From contig JBALVX010000001.1 in assembly GCA_036961295.1 (NCBI GenBank), positions 25,114 to 89,113 on the forward strand: a stretch of DNA of 64,000 nt. Direction: 5' to 3'. The stretch comes from Porticoccaceae bacterium (GTDB lineage Bacteria; Pseudomonadota; Gammaproteobacteria; Pseudomonadales; Porticoccaceae). Positions within the stretch are counted from its first letter, which is position 1; each line of letters starts with the position of its first letter. The notes beneath the pieces are model-generated. The model searched no databases and was not told where the DNA came from. It saw only the letters and a list, made by a program, of their open reading frames with translations. The position numbers and the translations under genes were made by a program. This document shows, one piece after another, positions 50,885-59,937 of this stretch.

Positions 50885-51472
50885 TTACTTAGATGTAGGT
50901 TTCCATTGAGTTCTCAGAACATAGTGCCTGTGGGTGTGTTTACTAAATACTGGCGTCCTTCGATAAAATTTACGTTTTATATGTTTGTTTTTGCTTAGTT
51001 TAAACAATGCACTCTCAAGTAATTTTATCGGGTCTTTTGTTATCTCTTCGAATTCGAACCCGGGTTTATATTTTTTAAACGCCCAGCTTAATCGTTTTAG
51101 ATAGGTGGGGGACATGCTTTTTGACTGAAGGCTTTGATATGCCAGTAATACGGCCACAGACTGGTAATAGACGGAACGCTCAAAGTCATCTATTGAGTAG
51201 TAGTAAAGCCCAGCATCGTCATAGGCTTCGATAACCGAGATCGACGGGGTGAGCGACGGTTTGTTGAGTGTGATGGCAGTTTTGACTTTACTTATTGCGA
51301 GGCCAGGGGAGTCATCCTGAAATAATTTATAGGCCTCTTTTCTCAAGGCTTCTGCCCGCAAGACGTCGGATTGTTTAACCAATTCCGCTTGTGGTTGCGT
51401 AGATACACATCCCGCTAACAATATGGTGAAAGTAAGAACCAGGTAGACTTGGGCGAAGGCGCAAATACGCAA
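50885..51472 (-). CDS. hypothetical lipoprotein
   Basis: 195 aa. Lipobox LLAGC after a hydrophobic signal. TTG start. Confidence 0.45.
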   Translation of the reverse strand: MRICAFAQVYLVLTFTILLAGCVSTQPQAELVKQSDVLRAEALRKEAYKLFQDDSPGLAISKVKTAITLNKPSLTPSISVIEAYDDAGLYYYSIDDFERSVYYQSVAVLLAYQSLQSKSMSPTYLKRLSWAFKKYKPGFEFEEITKDPIKLLESALFKLSKNKHIKRKFYRRTPVFSKHTHRHYVLRTQWKPTSK

Positions 51473-51573
51473 ACTCCCGGTGCGTGGGTCAATAGTTGCT
51501 TTTATAGTATGGGGCCTCTAGTGTAGTACGGCAGTGTTGTACGGTAATGTAGTGCTACCGCGCTAATTTTCTA

Positions 51574-52479
51574 ATGGTGGAGCAAGCTATGAACAAAATC
51601 AAATCTCTGTTTATCGGAATTTTTCCGGTGTTCGCTATGGGTGTTAGTGCTTACGGTATCTACACCCTCGTTAACTCTGGGATAAACTTTGTTTGGCTGG
51701 GCGCGGTGCTAATAAGTTTGCCGGTCATTCTGTTTTTCAGCCGAGCCATGATATTTAAAGATATGCCTAGAACCTCCGCACACTTCCCCTTAATAACGAC
51801 GATGGCCGCGCTCGGACTAATGCTCTCCGTTTATGGTTTCGTGCAATCTGCCAGCGGGCCTGCGGATAATCCGGAGTTAATAGCGTCAAATAAACTGGGC
51901 ATGATATTAGCCAGTCTCGGGTTTATAGCTTATTTACTTTACAACTTTTGGTACTCATCTCTTGGTCGTTTGCCCAATGCAGCGTTGCAGGCTGGCCAGC
52001 CATTACCGGCGTTTAGCGCATTAGGTGTCGATGGCGAAGTTGTTGATTCCAGTACATTCGAGGGTGCGCCCGCGATATTTCTGTTTTTTCGAGGTAATTG
52101 GTGTCCATTATGCATGGCTCAAATCACGGAAATAGTGGCACAGTATCGCGAACTATCAGCTTTGGGAGCAAAGGTTGTACTGCTTGCCCCTCAGCCGGAA
52201 AAGAACACACAAGCTCTCGCCGACAAATTCAATGTGCCCTTTGTGTTTTTGACCGACGAAGGTAACCGCGCTGCCCAGGCCCTGGGGATAGTCATGGAAA
52301 ATGGCTTACCCACAGGTATGGAAGTACTGGGTTACGACAAGGATACGGTGTATCCCACCGTGCTTATTGTCGATGGGGACGGCGTTATTCTCTATAGCGA
52401 TCTGACCGACAACTATCGAGTTCGGCCCGAGCCCGAAGAATTTCTTAAGGTCTTGAGGGCTAACGCGCAGGTAGCGTAA
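51574..52479 (+). CDS. membrane-anchored redoxin/peroxiredoxin-like protein
   Basis: 301 aa. Four TM helices, then a thioredoxin fold with FFRGNWCPLC. ATG 51589 has the better RBS. Confidence 0.75.
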   Translation: MVEQAMNKIKSLFIGIFPVFAMGVSAYGIYTLVNSGINFVWLGAVLISLPVILFFSRAMIFKDMPRTSAHFPLITTMAALGLMLSVYGFVQSASGPADNPELIASNKLGMILASLGFIAYLLYNFWYSSLGRLPNAALQAGQPLPAFSALGVDGEVVDSSTFEGAPAIFLFFRGNWCPLCMAQITEIVAQYRELSALGAKVVLLAPQPEKNTQALADKFNVPFVFLTDEGNRAAQALGIVMENGLPTGMEVLGYDKDTVYPTVLIVDGDGVILYSDLTDNYRVRPEPEEFLKVLRANAQVA

Positions 52480-52549
52480 GAGTTCTGGCCGACGAGCTAG
52501 TAACAGAAGGAAGGCCTTAAGGACTTCTTACTATCCCTGGCCTTAATGA

Positions 52550-53212
52550 TTACAGCACGATATGCAAACCCAGCAATGCCCCCTTGGTATGAATGCTGTC
52601 TTCGGTAGCAAAGACATTAAAATGGCTGACGGTAGCAATTAAAGAGCGGGTTATCGGCCATTTTACGCCGGCAGTAAATAACACAACGGTCACCTTATCT
52701 TTTCTGAAATCGTAAAAAGGCTCAAGTTCCGCGTAAGGGATCAGCGAGACTTTGTTAAAGCTCAGGGGATGGGACAGCTCAAATGCGGGTCGGTAGCGAA
52801 AACCCTTAATGATCTCGCCTCGGCGATACTCTAGCCGCGAGCGATGAGAGAATTCCCAGCCGTCGAGATTAACTTTATAGGTGACAGAGCCGCGAATTCG
52901 ATCATCCCTGCGGTAGCCTCCACCGTCTTTTTGAGGATAATAGCCGAAATACCCCAGCTGCCACTGACGACCCGAATCGGTAGTCCTGTTCACTCCAAGA
53001 TAAGAAAACCTACCCTTATAGCGTTCGTAAATATTACCGCCGGCAGCGATTACTTTATAGCCGTTATCAAACTGCTTAGAAGCGGAAATTTGAGCAATTA
53101 ACAAATCGTTAGCGTGTGCTGAGGACATTAAAGCAGTTAGCAATACCGTTATAAATACGGAGTATTTTAATAAGGACCGCACGATAATATAAAATATATT
53201 GGGAATAGTCAT
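52550..53212 (-). CDS. putative outer-membrane beta-barrel protein (DUF2490-like)
   Basis: 220 aa. Signal peptide ending SSAHA, alternating beta-strand pattern, aromatic-rich. Confidence 0.45.
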   Translation of the reverse strand: MTIPNIFYIIVRSLLKYSVFITVLLTALMSSAHANDLLIAQISASKQFDNGYKVIAAGGNIYERYKGRFSYLGVNRTTDSGRQWQLGYFGYYPQKDGGGYRRDDRIRGSVTYKVNLDGWEFSHRSRLEYRRGEIIKGFRYRPAFELSHPLSFNKVSLIPYAELEPFYDFRKDKVTVVLFTAGVKWPITRSLIATVSHFNVFATEDSIHTKGALLGLHIVL

Positions 53213-53386
53213 AACTTCTCGGTTTGGATTTTTTCAGTCGCGTAGTAGTGTGTCCTCGCCATTAGGCGCGGAAGTTATACGGGCAATATGTTTTTGCGTA
53301 TATGTGGGTTTTCGAGGTTTGCCTGGCGTTGTTACGAGGTTGGGGTGATCACCGGACAATGACTTTTGCGGTGATAGCCGGTAGCT

Positions 53387-53462
53387 GAGCGCCGACACTG
53401 AAAAACGCCGAGGCTAAAAAACGCCGACACTAAGAAACGCCGAGGCCCAAAATAGCGCCGCG
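53387..53462. repeat. imperfect tandem repeat, about 5 x 14-17 bp (core AAACGCCGA)
   Basis: Alternating cgccgacac / cgccgaggc units in the divergent region between 53212 and 53622. Confidence 0.65.
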
Positions 53463-53621
53463 TATTATAACAAAACCCTAGCAGGGTAAGTAAAGTTTTT
53501 AGTGCCGTTATGCTTGATTCTTGGGGGGGGAGATCGACTCCAGCCCAATCAATTGTCTCTACCGGTAGCATGGGCGGTATAATGCCAGCTTCGTACAAAT
53601 AGCAGCCGGTGAGATAGCGCG

Positions 53622-54476
53622 ATGATTAGTATTGGTAAGGCCTATCGGCTCGAAGTGGTGAAGACCGTCGACTTTGGTTTTTATCTCGACGCCGAAGCGC
53701 TGGGCGATGTTTTGCTGCCCCGCAAGAATGCACCGGAAGATTTGGTCGAGGGTGATTTTATCGAGGTGTTTCTGTATCTCGATTCCGAAGATCGCCCCGT
53801 GGCAACCACCCAGACCCCCGCAGCCCATGTTGGCGAGTTCGCTTATCTAAAGGTTGTGGATACGACTCCGGTAGGCGCCTTCCTGGATTGGGGTCTGGAT
53901 AAAGACGTATTAGTGCCTTTCGCTGAACAGCACAGACCTCTGGAAGTGGGTCATTATTGCCTGGTGTATTTGTACCTCGATCGTGCCGATCGTATTACCG
54001 CATCATCCAAAATCGACCATTTCCTTGACGACGACAAGCCCCATGACTTTGTCCCCCAGCAGCCGGTCGAGCTGATTATCGCCAACAGTACCGATCTGGG
54101 CTACAAAGCCATTATTAATAACAGTCATTGGGGTGTGCTTTACAAAAGCGATGTCTACCAGCGCTTGAGTTTTGGCCAGCGTATCGACGGCTACATTAAG
54201 TATATTCGGCCCGATGGCAAAATTGATTTAAGTTTGCAAGGCGGACAGGAAACTCGCGATAAATACCAAAGTGTTATTTTGACCTACCTGAAAGATCAAA
54301 ATGGCTTTGCGGCAGTACACGACAAATCAACGCCCGCTTTGATTTCAGAACTATTTGGCATGAGTAAAGGAGCGTTTAAAAAAGCCATTGGCGGTCTGTA
54401 CAAGCAGCGACTTATTACTATCCAGAAAGATGGTATTCGCTTGCTGGACAGCGTTGATCGAGACACTAACAGTTAG
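53622..54476 (+). CDS. S1-like RNA-binding protein, CvfB/YitL family
   Basis: 284 aa. IGKAYRLEVVKTVDFGFYLDAEALGDVLLPRKNAP, repeated S1-like domains and a C-terminal wHTH. Confidence 0.8.
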   Translation: MISIGKAYRLEVVKTVDFGFYLDAEALGDVLLPRKNAPEDLVEGDFIEVFLYLDSEDRPVATTQTPAAHVGEFAYLKVVDTTPVGAFLDWGLDKDVLVPFAEQHRPLEVGHYCLVYLYLDRADRITASSKIDHFLDDDKPHDFVPQQPVELIIANSTDLGYKAIINNSHWGVLYKSDVYQRLSFGQRIDGYIKYIRPDGKIDLSLQGGQETRDKYQSVILTYLKDQNGFAAVHDKSTPALISELFGMSKGAFKKAIGGLYKQRLITIQKDGIRLLDSVDRDTNS

Positions 54477-54492
54477 CCAGTAATTCTTGAAT

Positions 54493-54534
54493 CAGGAAAG
54501 TTAAATTAGAAAAGTTAAATCAGGAAAGTTAAAT
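54493..54534. repeat. tandem repeat, 3 x 14 bp ((c/t)ag(g/a)aaagttaaat)
   Basis: The last unit supplies the GGAAAG Shine-Dalgarno-like element and overlaps the TTG start at 54534. Confidence 0.8.
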
Positions 54535-55034
54535 TGATAAATAACGATATTTTACGCCGCGTCCGCTACGTCTTTGATTTTGGCGATACCAAAATGGTCG
54601 CAATATTTGCGTTAGCCGATCACCAGGTGACGCGGGAACAGATTAGTAACTGGCTAAAGAAAGATGACGATGTTGCTTTCGAAGAGTGTGCTGACACCGA
54701 GCTTGCCATTTTTCTCAACGGCTTGATTAACGACAAGCGCGGGAAGAAAGAGGGCTCTCCCCACGAGCCCGAGCAACGCTTAACCAACAACATTATTTTT
54801 ATGAAGTTAAAAATCGCCCTTAATCTAAAAGCCGAAGATGTGCTGGCGATAATGGAGCTGGCGGGTTTTGTAATGAGCAAGCATGAATTAAGCGCTTTCT
54901 TTCGCAAGTCAGACCACAAACACTATCGAGTTTGCCAGGATCAAATTTTGCGAAATTTCCTGCAAGGTTTGCAAATTAAATATCGCGGTAACTCCGAATC
55001 AAAAGCCCCTTTTGAATGGAAAGCGACGCCTTAA
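54534..55034 (+). CDS. DUF1456 (YehS) family protein
   Basis: 166 aa. NNDILRRVRYVFDF and a second repeat IIFMKLKIALNLKAEDV. Confidence 0.8.
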   Translation: MINNDILRRVRYVFDFGDTKMVAIFALADHQVTREQISNWLKKDDDVAFEECADTELAIFLNGLINDKRGKKEGSPHEPEQRLTNNIIFMKLKIALNLKAEDVLAIMELAGFVMSKHELSAFFRKSDHKHYRVCQDQILRNFLQGLQIKYRGNSESKAPFEWKATP

Positions 55035-55157
55035 CTCTTCGAAAAAACTACGGCCTTCTGGGAAAGATACAGCTAATACTGCCTGTTTTGGCTTACTGTG
55101 CGGTTGCGCTTATACTCAGGCATTAATGTCGTGTCGCCGTAGGGGAGAACATTTTCA

Positions 55158-56261
55158 ATGCCTGATCGAATGAGTAAGAGAGCCGTCCTGGTTCAAGCAA
55201 ATCAACCCGTAGAAATTTGGCAGCATCCTGTCTCCGCCGCTCAGGCGGGCGAAGTCGTGGTGCGAGTGTTGATGAGCGGGGTGTGTGGAACCGACGTGCA
55301 TTTTTGGCGCGGCGAGGTGGATTTGCCCGGTCCAATGGTGCTCGGCCATGAAGGCATTGGCGCTGTTGAGGACCTGGGCGAGGGTGTGACTACGGATTTT
55401 GCCGGTGCGCCGCTCAGTATCGGTGACCGTATTTATTGGGTGCCACTGAGTCCATGCCATCGTTGTCATTACTGCACGGTGGAGAAAGACCTGTCGCTTT
55501 GTGAAAATGGCATGGCGGAGCTCTTCCGAGCGGCCGATAGACCCCCGTCTGCCTGTTACAGCGAGTACTCCTGGCTCCCGGCGGGTATGCCATTTTATCG
55601 GATTCCCGACGACACCCCATCTGAAGCAGTGATCGCATTTGGTTGTGCAATGCCGACGATGTTGCAGGGCATCGAGCGTTTAGGGGGCATTAATATAAAC
55701 CAAACGGTGGTGGTGCAGGGCTGTGGCCCGGTGGGTCTGGCCGCTGTGTTACTGGCCAAATTGTCGGGTGCCAGGCAAATCATTGTTATCGGTGCCCCGG
55801 AGCGGCGTCTGGCGATGGCCGCTCGTTTAGGGGCGACAGATATTATTAATATGGAGGAGGTTTCGACAGCAGAGGAGCGCGTTCAGTGCGTACTCGATCT
55901 TACTCAAGGCCGGGGGGCAGAGGTGGTGATTGAGGCCGCAGGTGTGGTGGCGGCTTTTGGTGAAGGCTTAAAGATCGTGGCTAAAAATGGTCGTTATCTA
56001 GTGGTAGGGCTCTGGTCTGCTCCGGGAACGGTTGCCATCGAGCCGCGTTATATCAATAACAATAACCTCCGAATTATCGGTACAGCCCTGTACCAGCCCG
56101 AACATCTCTATGGTGCAATTCAGGTCGCGCAAAAAAATCATCGCGAATTCCCCCTGGCTGAGGCGGTGACACACCGATTTTCACTTGAAGACAGTCAAAA
56201 AGCCCTGGAAGCCGTCGCGCGTTTGGAGACGGTGAAGGCAGTTATTATTCCGGGGCTATAG
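55158..56261 (+). CDS. zinc-dependent alcohol dehydrogenase (MDR family, XylB-like position)
   Basis: 367 aa. CGTDVH, GHEGIG, GCGPVGLAA. Confidence 0.85.
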   Translation: MPDRMSKRAVLVQANQPVEIWQHPVSAAQAGEVVVRVLMSGVCGTDVHFWRGEVDLPGPMVLGHEGIGAVEDLGEGVTTDFAGAPLSIGDRIYWVPLSPCHRCHYCTVEKDLSLCENGMAELFRAADRPPSACYSEYSWLPAGMPFYRIPDDTPSEAVIAFGCAMPTMLQGIERLGGININQTVVVQGCGPVGLAAVLLAKLSGARQIIVIGAPERRLAMAARLGATDIINMEEVSTAEERVQCVLDLTQGRGAEVVIEAAGVVAAFGEGLKIVAKNGRYLVVGLWSAPGTVAIEPRYINNNNLRIIGTALYQPEHLYGAIQVAQKNHREFPLAEAVTHRFSLEDSQKALEAVARLETVKAVIIPGL

Positions 56262-56389
56262 ATGAAGAAGGGCAGGGCCCCGTTGGTGCTGGCGCTTAAT
56301 TTGAACGAAGATGTATACTGTCGACTGGCTTATTTTATAAGCGTACCTAATGAGAGTGCCTAATAAAAACATCTGACAATAACGTCGTT

Positions 56390-56403
56390 CACACTATAGT
56401 GTG
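56390..56403. promoter_or_regulatory. perfect 14-bp palindrome CACACTATAGTGTG upstream of the hydroxylase gene
   Basis: Located 21 nt before ATG 56425. Candidate operator. Confidence 0.3.
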
Positions 56404-56424
56404 TGCTGATTTGGAGAGAACTTT

Positions 56425-57594
56425 ATGTCTAGTGCTATCGCTGGAAACTCCGGCCCCTTAAGCTTCGTCGCCCGAGTTACCACCTTGCCGCATCTAACCT
56501 TCGCCATCTTACCGGTAGTCGGCTACCTCCTCGGCGGCGGGATATATCATTGGATAACCGTATTCGTGTTGTTGGCACTTATGTTTATCGACCCGATCAT
56601 TGGGACCGACGATACTAATCACGACGAAGCTGATGAGGGAGCGCTGCAAGAAAAATTATTCTATCGAATGATGCTCTGGGTAACTTTGCCAGCCTCTGTT
56701 GCGGTTACTATTTTTGGCCATTGGCTGTTGACCCAAACTAGCCTTACAACCTCGGAAACAATTGGCTTTCTGCTCTCGCTAACCTTAGCAACGGGGTTCC
56801 TGGCCACCACGGCCCACGAGCTTTGCCATCACACACAGCCCGTCGATCGCTTGATTGGCGACCTGGTGTTTACACCCATTTTTATGTGTGATTTCCATAT
56901 CTATCACAACTTTATGCATCATATTCATGCCGCTACGCCCATTGATCCGGGCACCGCGCGCTACGGCGAGAAAATTTACCCTTTCTTGATCAATAGCATT
57001 GTCAGAAAAACCCGGATGGCCTGGCAGATAGAAAAGAAGCGCATGGCAGATAACGGTAAACCAACCTGGCACCCCAGTAACCTGATGATTCGGTTTATCG
57101 TACTGCAGGCCGCGTGGTTGGGATTGTTAGTCGCTTTGTTCGGTCTTTGGTCGATCCCGATCTGCTTTGTGCAGTATTTATTCCCCAGGTTATTGTTAGC
57201 CGTAGGTGATTATCTCGAGCACTACGGCCTGGGGCGCAAACAGTTGCCGGATGGTAGCTACGAAAAAATTCGACCCAATCACGCCTGGGACGACAGTACT
57301 CTGGTCAGTAGCATGCTGTTCTGCCAGATAGACCGTCACTCCGATCATCACACTAATGTTGGTCGGCCTTACCAAATTCTACGAGTGATGGACGAAGCGC
57401 CACGCTTGCCCCAGGGCTACCTGACGATGATCCCCATCGCGTTTATCCCCTCGCTTTGGCGAAAGCAAATGCACCCCGTCGTCGAAGCCTATTACGACAA
57501 AGGTGAGGTAATACCCTATGCCATGCCCGATGCCTTACCGGAAAAGTACGCAGCAATGGTGCCTGAAGGGTGGGGGCAAACCCTACCGGACTGA
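56425..57594 (+). CDS. AlkB/XylM-family integral-membrane non-heme di-iron monooxygenase
   Basis: 389 aa. His boxes HELCHH, HNFMHHIH and DRHSDHH, plus EHYGL. Confidence 0.85.
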   Translation: MSSAIAGNSGPLSFVARVTTLPHLTFAILPVVGYLLGGGIYHWITVFVLLALMFIDPIIGTDDTNHDEADEGALQEKLFYRMMLWVTLPASVAVTIFGHWLLTQTSLTTSETIGFLLSLTLATGFLATTAHELCHHTQPVDRLIGDLVFTPIFMCDFHIYHNFMHHIHAATPIDPGTARYGEKIYPFLINSIVRKTRMAWQIEKKRMADNGKPTWHPSNLMIRFIVLQAAWLGLLVALFGLWSIPICFVQYLFPRLLLAVGDYLEHYGLGRKQLPDGSYEKIRPNHAWDDSTLVSSMLFCQIDRHSDHHTNVGRPYQILRVMDEAPRLPQGYLTMIPIAFIPSLWRKQMHPVVEAYYDKGEVIPYAMPDALPEKYAAMVPEGWGQTLPD

Positions 57595-57731
57595 TTTGTC
57601 AGGCTAAAGTACGCCTGATCGATTTGTTTTTTGTTAAAGAGAGCGTTGTCGAAGATACCCAGCGTGTTATCGGAGACCTTCGCTCCCTTCCCCTGTATTC
57701 TGAACTGTGCTCTGGAGTTCATGGCACCTGT

Positions 57732-57787
57732 TAGTAGAAATCACCTAGTAAAAATCACCTAGTAAAAATCACGTAGTAGAAATTACG
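57732..57787. repeat. tandem repeat, 4 x 14 bp (tagtaRaaatYacS)
   Basis: tagtagaaatcacc / tagtaaaaatcacc / tagtaaaaatcacg / tagtagaaattacg, ending 4 nt before ATG 57792. Confidence 0.9.
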
Positions 57788-57791
57788 CTTT

Positions 57792-58877
57792 ATGCAAAAA
57801 TTGTTTAACAAATTTAAAAATCGTAACGAGCCCCGTACCGCTACCATTCAACCCGACGGGGAGTCCTTCGAAGTACCTAAAAACCGAACCCTGCTACAGG
57901 CCGCAAACGACAAAGGTATTGATTTTCCTCAGCACTGCACGGTCGGTACCTGCGGTAGCTGCCGCTGTAAATTGCTGGAAGGCGAGGTGCGTCCACTTCG
58001 CGATTTTTCCTATACTCTGACACGAGCGGAAATCAGCGACGGCTATATATTAGCCTGTCAAAGCATGCTTAAAGGCGATGTGGTGGTTGAGCTGGAATCC
58101 CGCGGCGAATTGGCTACACAGCCTGCGGAGCGCTTTACCGCTAACATCACTAGCACCGGTATGTTGACTCACGACATTATGGAAGTGAGTATCAAGCTCG
58201 ATCGGCCAATGAACTACACCGCCGGCCAATTTGCTGACATCTTTATAAATAACGGTCTCGAGGGCTTTGCCCGACACCGCAGCTATTCATTTGCCGGCGC
58301 GCCGGAAGTTGGGGGAAGTTCGGATCTGAGTTTTCATATCCGGCGTGTTAGCGGAGGCAGCTACACAGAATGGCTGTTTGAAAAAGACCGAACTGGCGAA
58401 ACATTGGAGTTACACGGCCCCAATGGTTCGTTTTGGTTGAGAGCTGACGACGCGCCTATATTATGTATTGCTGGCGGCAGTGGTATGGCACCCATCAAAG
58501 CGATATTGGAGGACGCCGCGGCGCACGATATCAAGCGACCAGTGACCTATCTGTTCGGCGCTCGGGCGCAAAGAGATTTATATTGCCTCGAAGAAATGCA
58601 GGCCTTAGCGAAGCAGTGGCCAGGCAATCTGCAATTTATTCCGATACTCTCGGAAGAGCCGGAAGGCTCGAGTTGGACAGGGAAGCGTGGTTTAGTGACA
58701 GAATATATTAATCCTGCAGCGGTCGGTTTCGATTTGAAAGGATGTCACACTTATTTATGCGGGCCGCCAGTGATGATTGATGCTGCGCTAGAGGTGCTGG
58801 CACACAATCAGGTGCCAACGGATCATATCCACTACGACAAATTTCTCGATTCTCGGCAGCTCGAAATCGAAAATTAG
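57792..58877 (+). CDS. XylA-type reductase: plant-type [2Fe-2S] ferredoxin fused to an FAD/NAD(P)H reductase
   Basis: 361 aa. CTVGTCGSCRCKLLEGEV...C, RHRSYSFA, IAGGSGMAPI. Confidence 0.88.
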   Translation: MQKLFNKFKNRNEPRTATIQPDGESFEVPKNRTLLQAANDKGIDFPQHCTVGTCGSCRCKLLEGEVRPLRDFSYTLTRAEISDGYILACQSMLKGDVVVELESRGELATQPAERFTANITSTGMLTHDIMEVSIKLDRPMNYTAGQFADIFINNGLEGFARHRSYSFAGAPEVGGSSDLSFHIRRVSGGSYTEWLFEKDRTGETLELHGPNGSFWLRADDAPILCIAGGSGMAPIKAILEDAAAHDIKRPVTYLFGARAQRDLYCLEEMQALAKQWPGNLQFIPILSEEPEGSSWTGKRGLVTEYINPAAVGFDLKGCHTYLCGPPVMIDAALEVLAHNQVPTDHIHYDKFLDSRQLEIEN

Positions 58878-58926
58878 GTGCGAAGAAGGCAGGTTTCAGG
58901 AAATGGGTTGGTTTTAATCACAGTCG

Positions 58927-59376
58927 CTAGTTAGGTGGCATCATGACATCTGCGGGCGGGAAAGAATCAAATTCTGGAATGCCGGAAAACTCTGGAACCC
59001 AATGGTGTCTGTATTGCACCTGCTCGACATAGTTTGGTTTGGGGAAATTCTTATCTACGAAGCAGCCGACCGCAAAGCCAATAAAGCGTGAAATGCCCGG
59101 GAAGAACTTCTCGGCTTCCTCAAGTGTCCAATATAACGTGGTGCCACAGTTAGGACAGAAGTTATAAGCAACGCCCACGCTATTAGCCGAATCCGAAAAC
59201 GTTTTGGTTTCGCCGCTTATTTCGAGCACTTGTTCTCGCGCGTACCAGCATGAAACCTGAAAGACGCTACCCGTGCGTTTTTGGCAATAGTCGCAATGAC
59301 AGACCAGCACCCGAAACGGGTCACCCTCGACAGTCGCCGATACTTTCCCGCACGCGCATTCGGTTTTACGTTGCAT
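58927..59376 (-). CDS. GFA (glutathione-dependent formaldehyde-activating/CENP-V) family protein
   Basis: 149 aa. CACGKV..., CHCDYCQKRTGS, FCPNCGTTL. Confidence 0.8.
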   Translation of the reverse strand: MQRKTECACGKVSATVEGDPFRVLVCHCDYCQKRTGSVFQVSCWYAREQVLEISGETKTFSDSANSVGVAYNFCPNCGTTLYWTLEEAEKFFPGISRFIGFAVGCFVDKNFPKPNYVEQVQYRHHWVPEFSGIPEFDSFPPADVMMPPN

Positions 59377-59497
59377 GTTCAGACCTCGTTCTTTGCTGTA
59401 GTTAAAGGCAGACGACTGCTAGCCACCTCCTGAGTTATCAGAAGGTGCCCGTTAAAGCGGGGGAAGATCAAAATCCCGCTTGAGCGACTTGTTAGAT

Positions 59498-59827
59498 TTA
59501 ATGGCTAATAGTTTTAGAAAAAACATTAATAACCACCACCCCTAATATAATTAATCCCATTCCTATAATTGCAGGAGTATCCGGTATTTCTTTGTATAAA
59601 ATAAAACTTACTATGCCAACTAATACGATTCCTAAACCAGACCATATTGCATACGTGATTCCTACAGGTATAGATCTTAAAACAAGCGTCATAAAATATA
59701 GCGCTACCAAAAAACCTACAACAACTATTGTGCTTGGAATTAATTTAGTAAATTCTTCAGATGCTTTTAATGCACTTGTTGCTATTACTTCTGCAATTAT
59801 AGCTATAGCTAAATATAAGTATGCCAT
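59498..59827 (-). CDS. SMR-family multidrug efflux transporter (EmrE/QacE-like)
   Basis: Start set at ATG 59827 (110 aa). Conserved Glu in AIIAEVIATSALK, four TM helices. Very AT-rich (19 G+C in nt 59521-59580). Confidence 0.85.
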   Translation of the reverse strand: MAYLYLAIAIIAEVIATSALKASEEFTKLIPSTIVVVGFLVALYFMTLVLRSIPVGITYAIWSGLGIVLVGIVSFILYKEIPDTPAIIGMGLIILGVVVINVFSKTISH

Positions 59828-59937
59828 GTATTTTTCTCTTTTAAATCTAACTATTAATAAACTCCCTAGTCGGTATATCATTCCTTTGCACCGATAGATT
59901 TAGCTCCCCAATATATTGATTTTTAAGAAAAATACAA

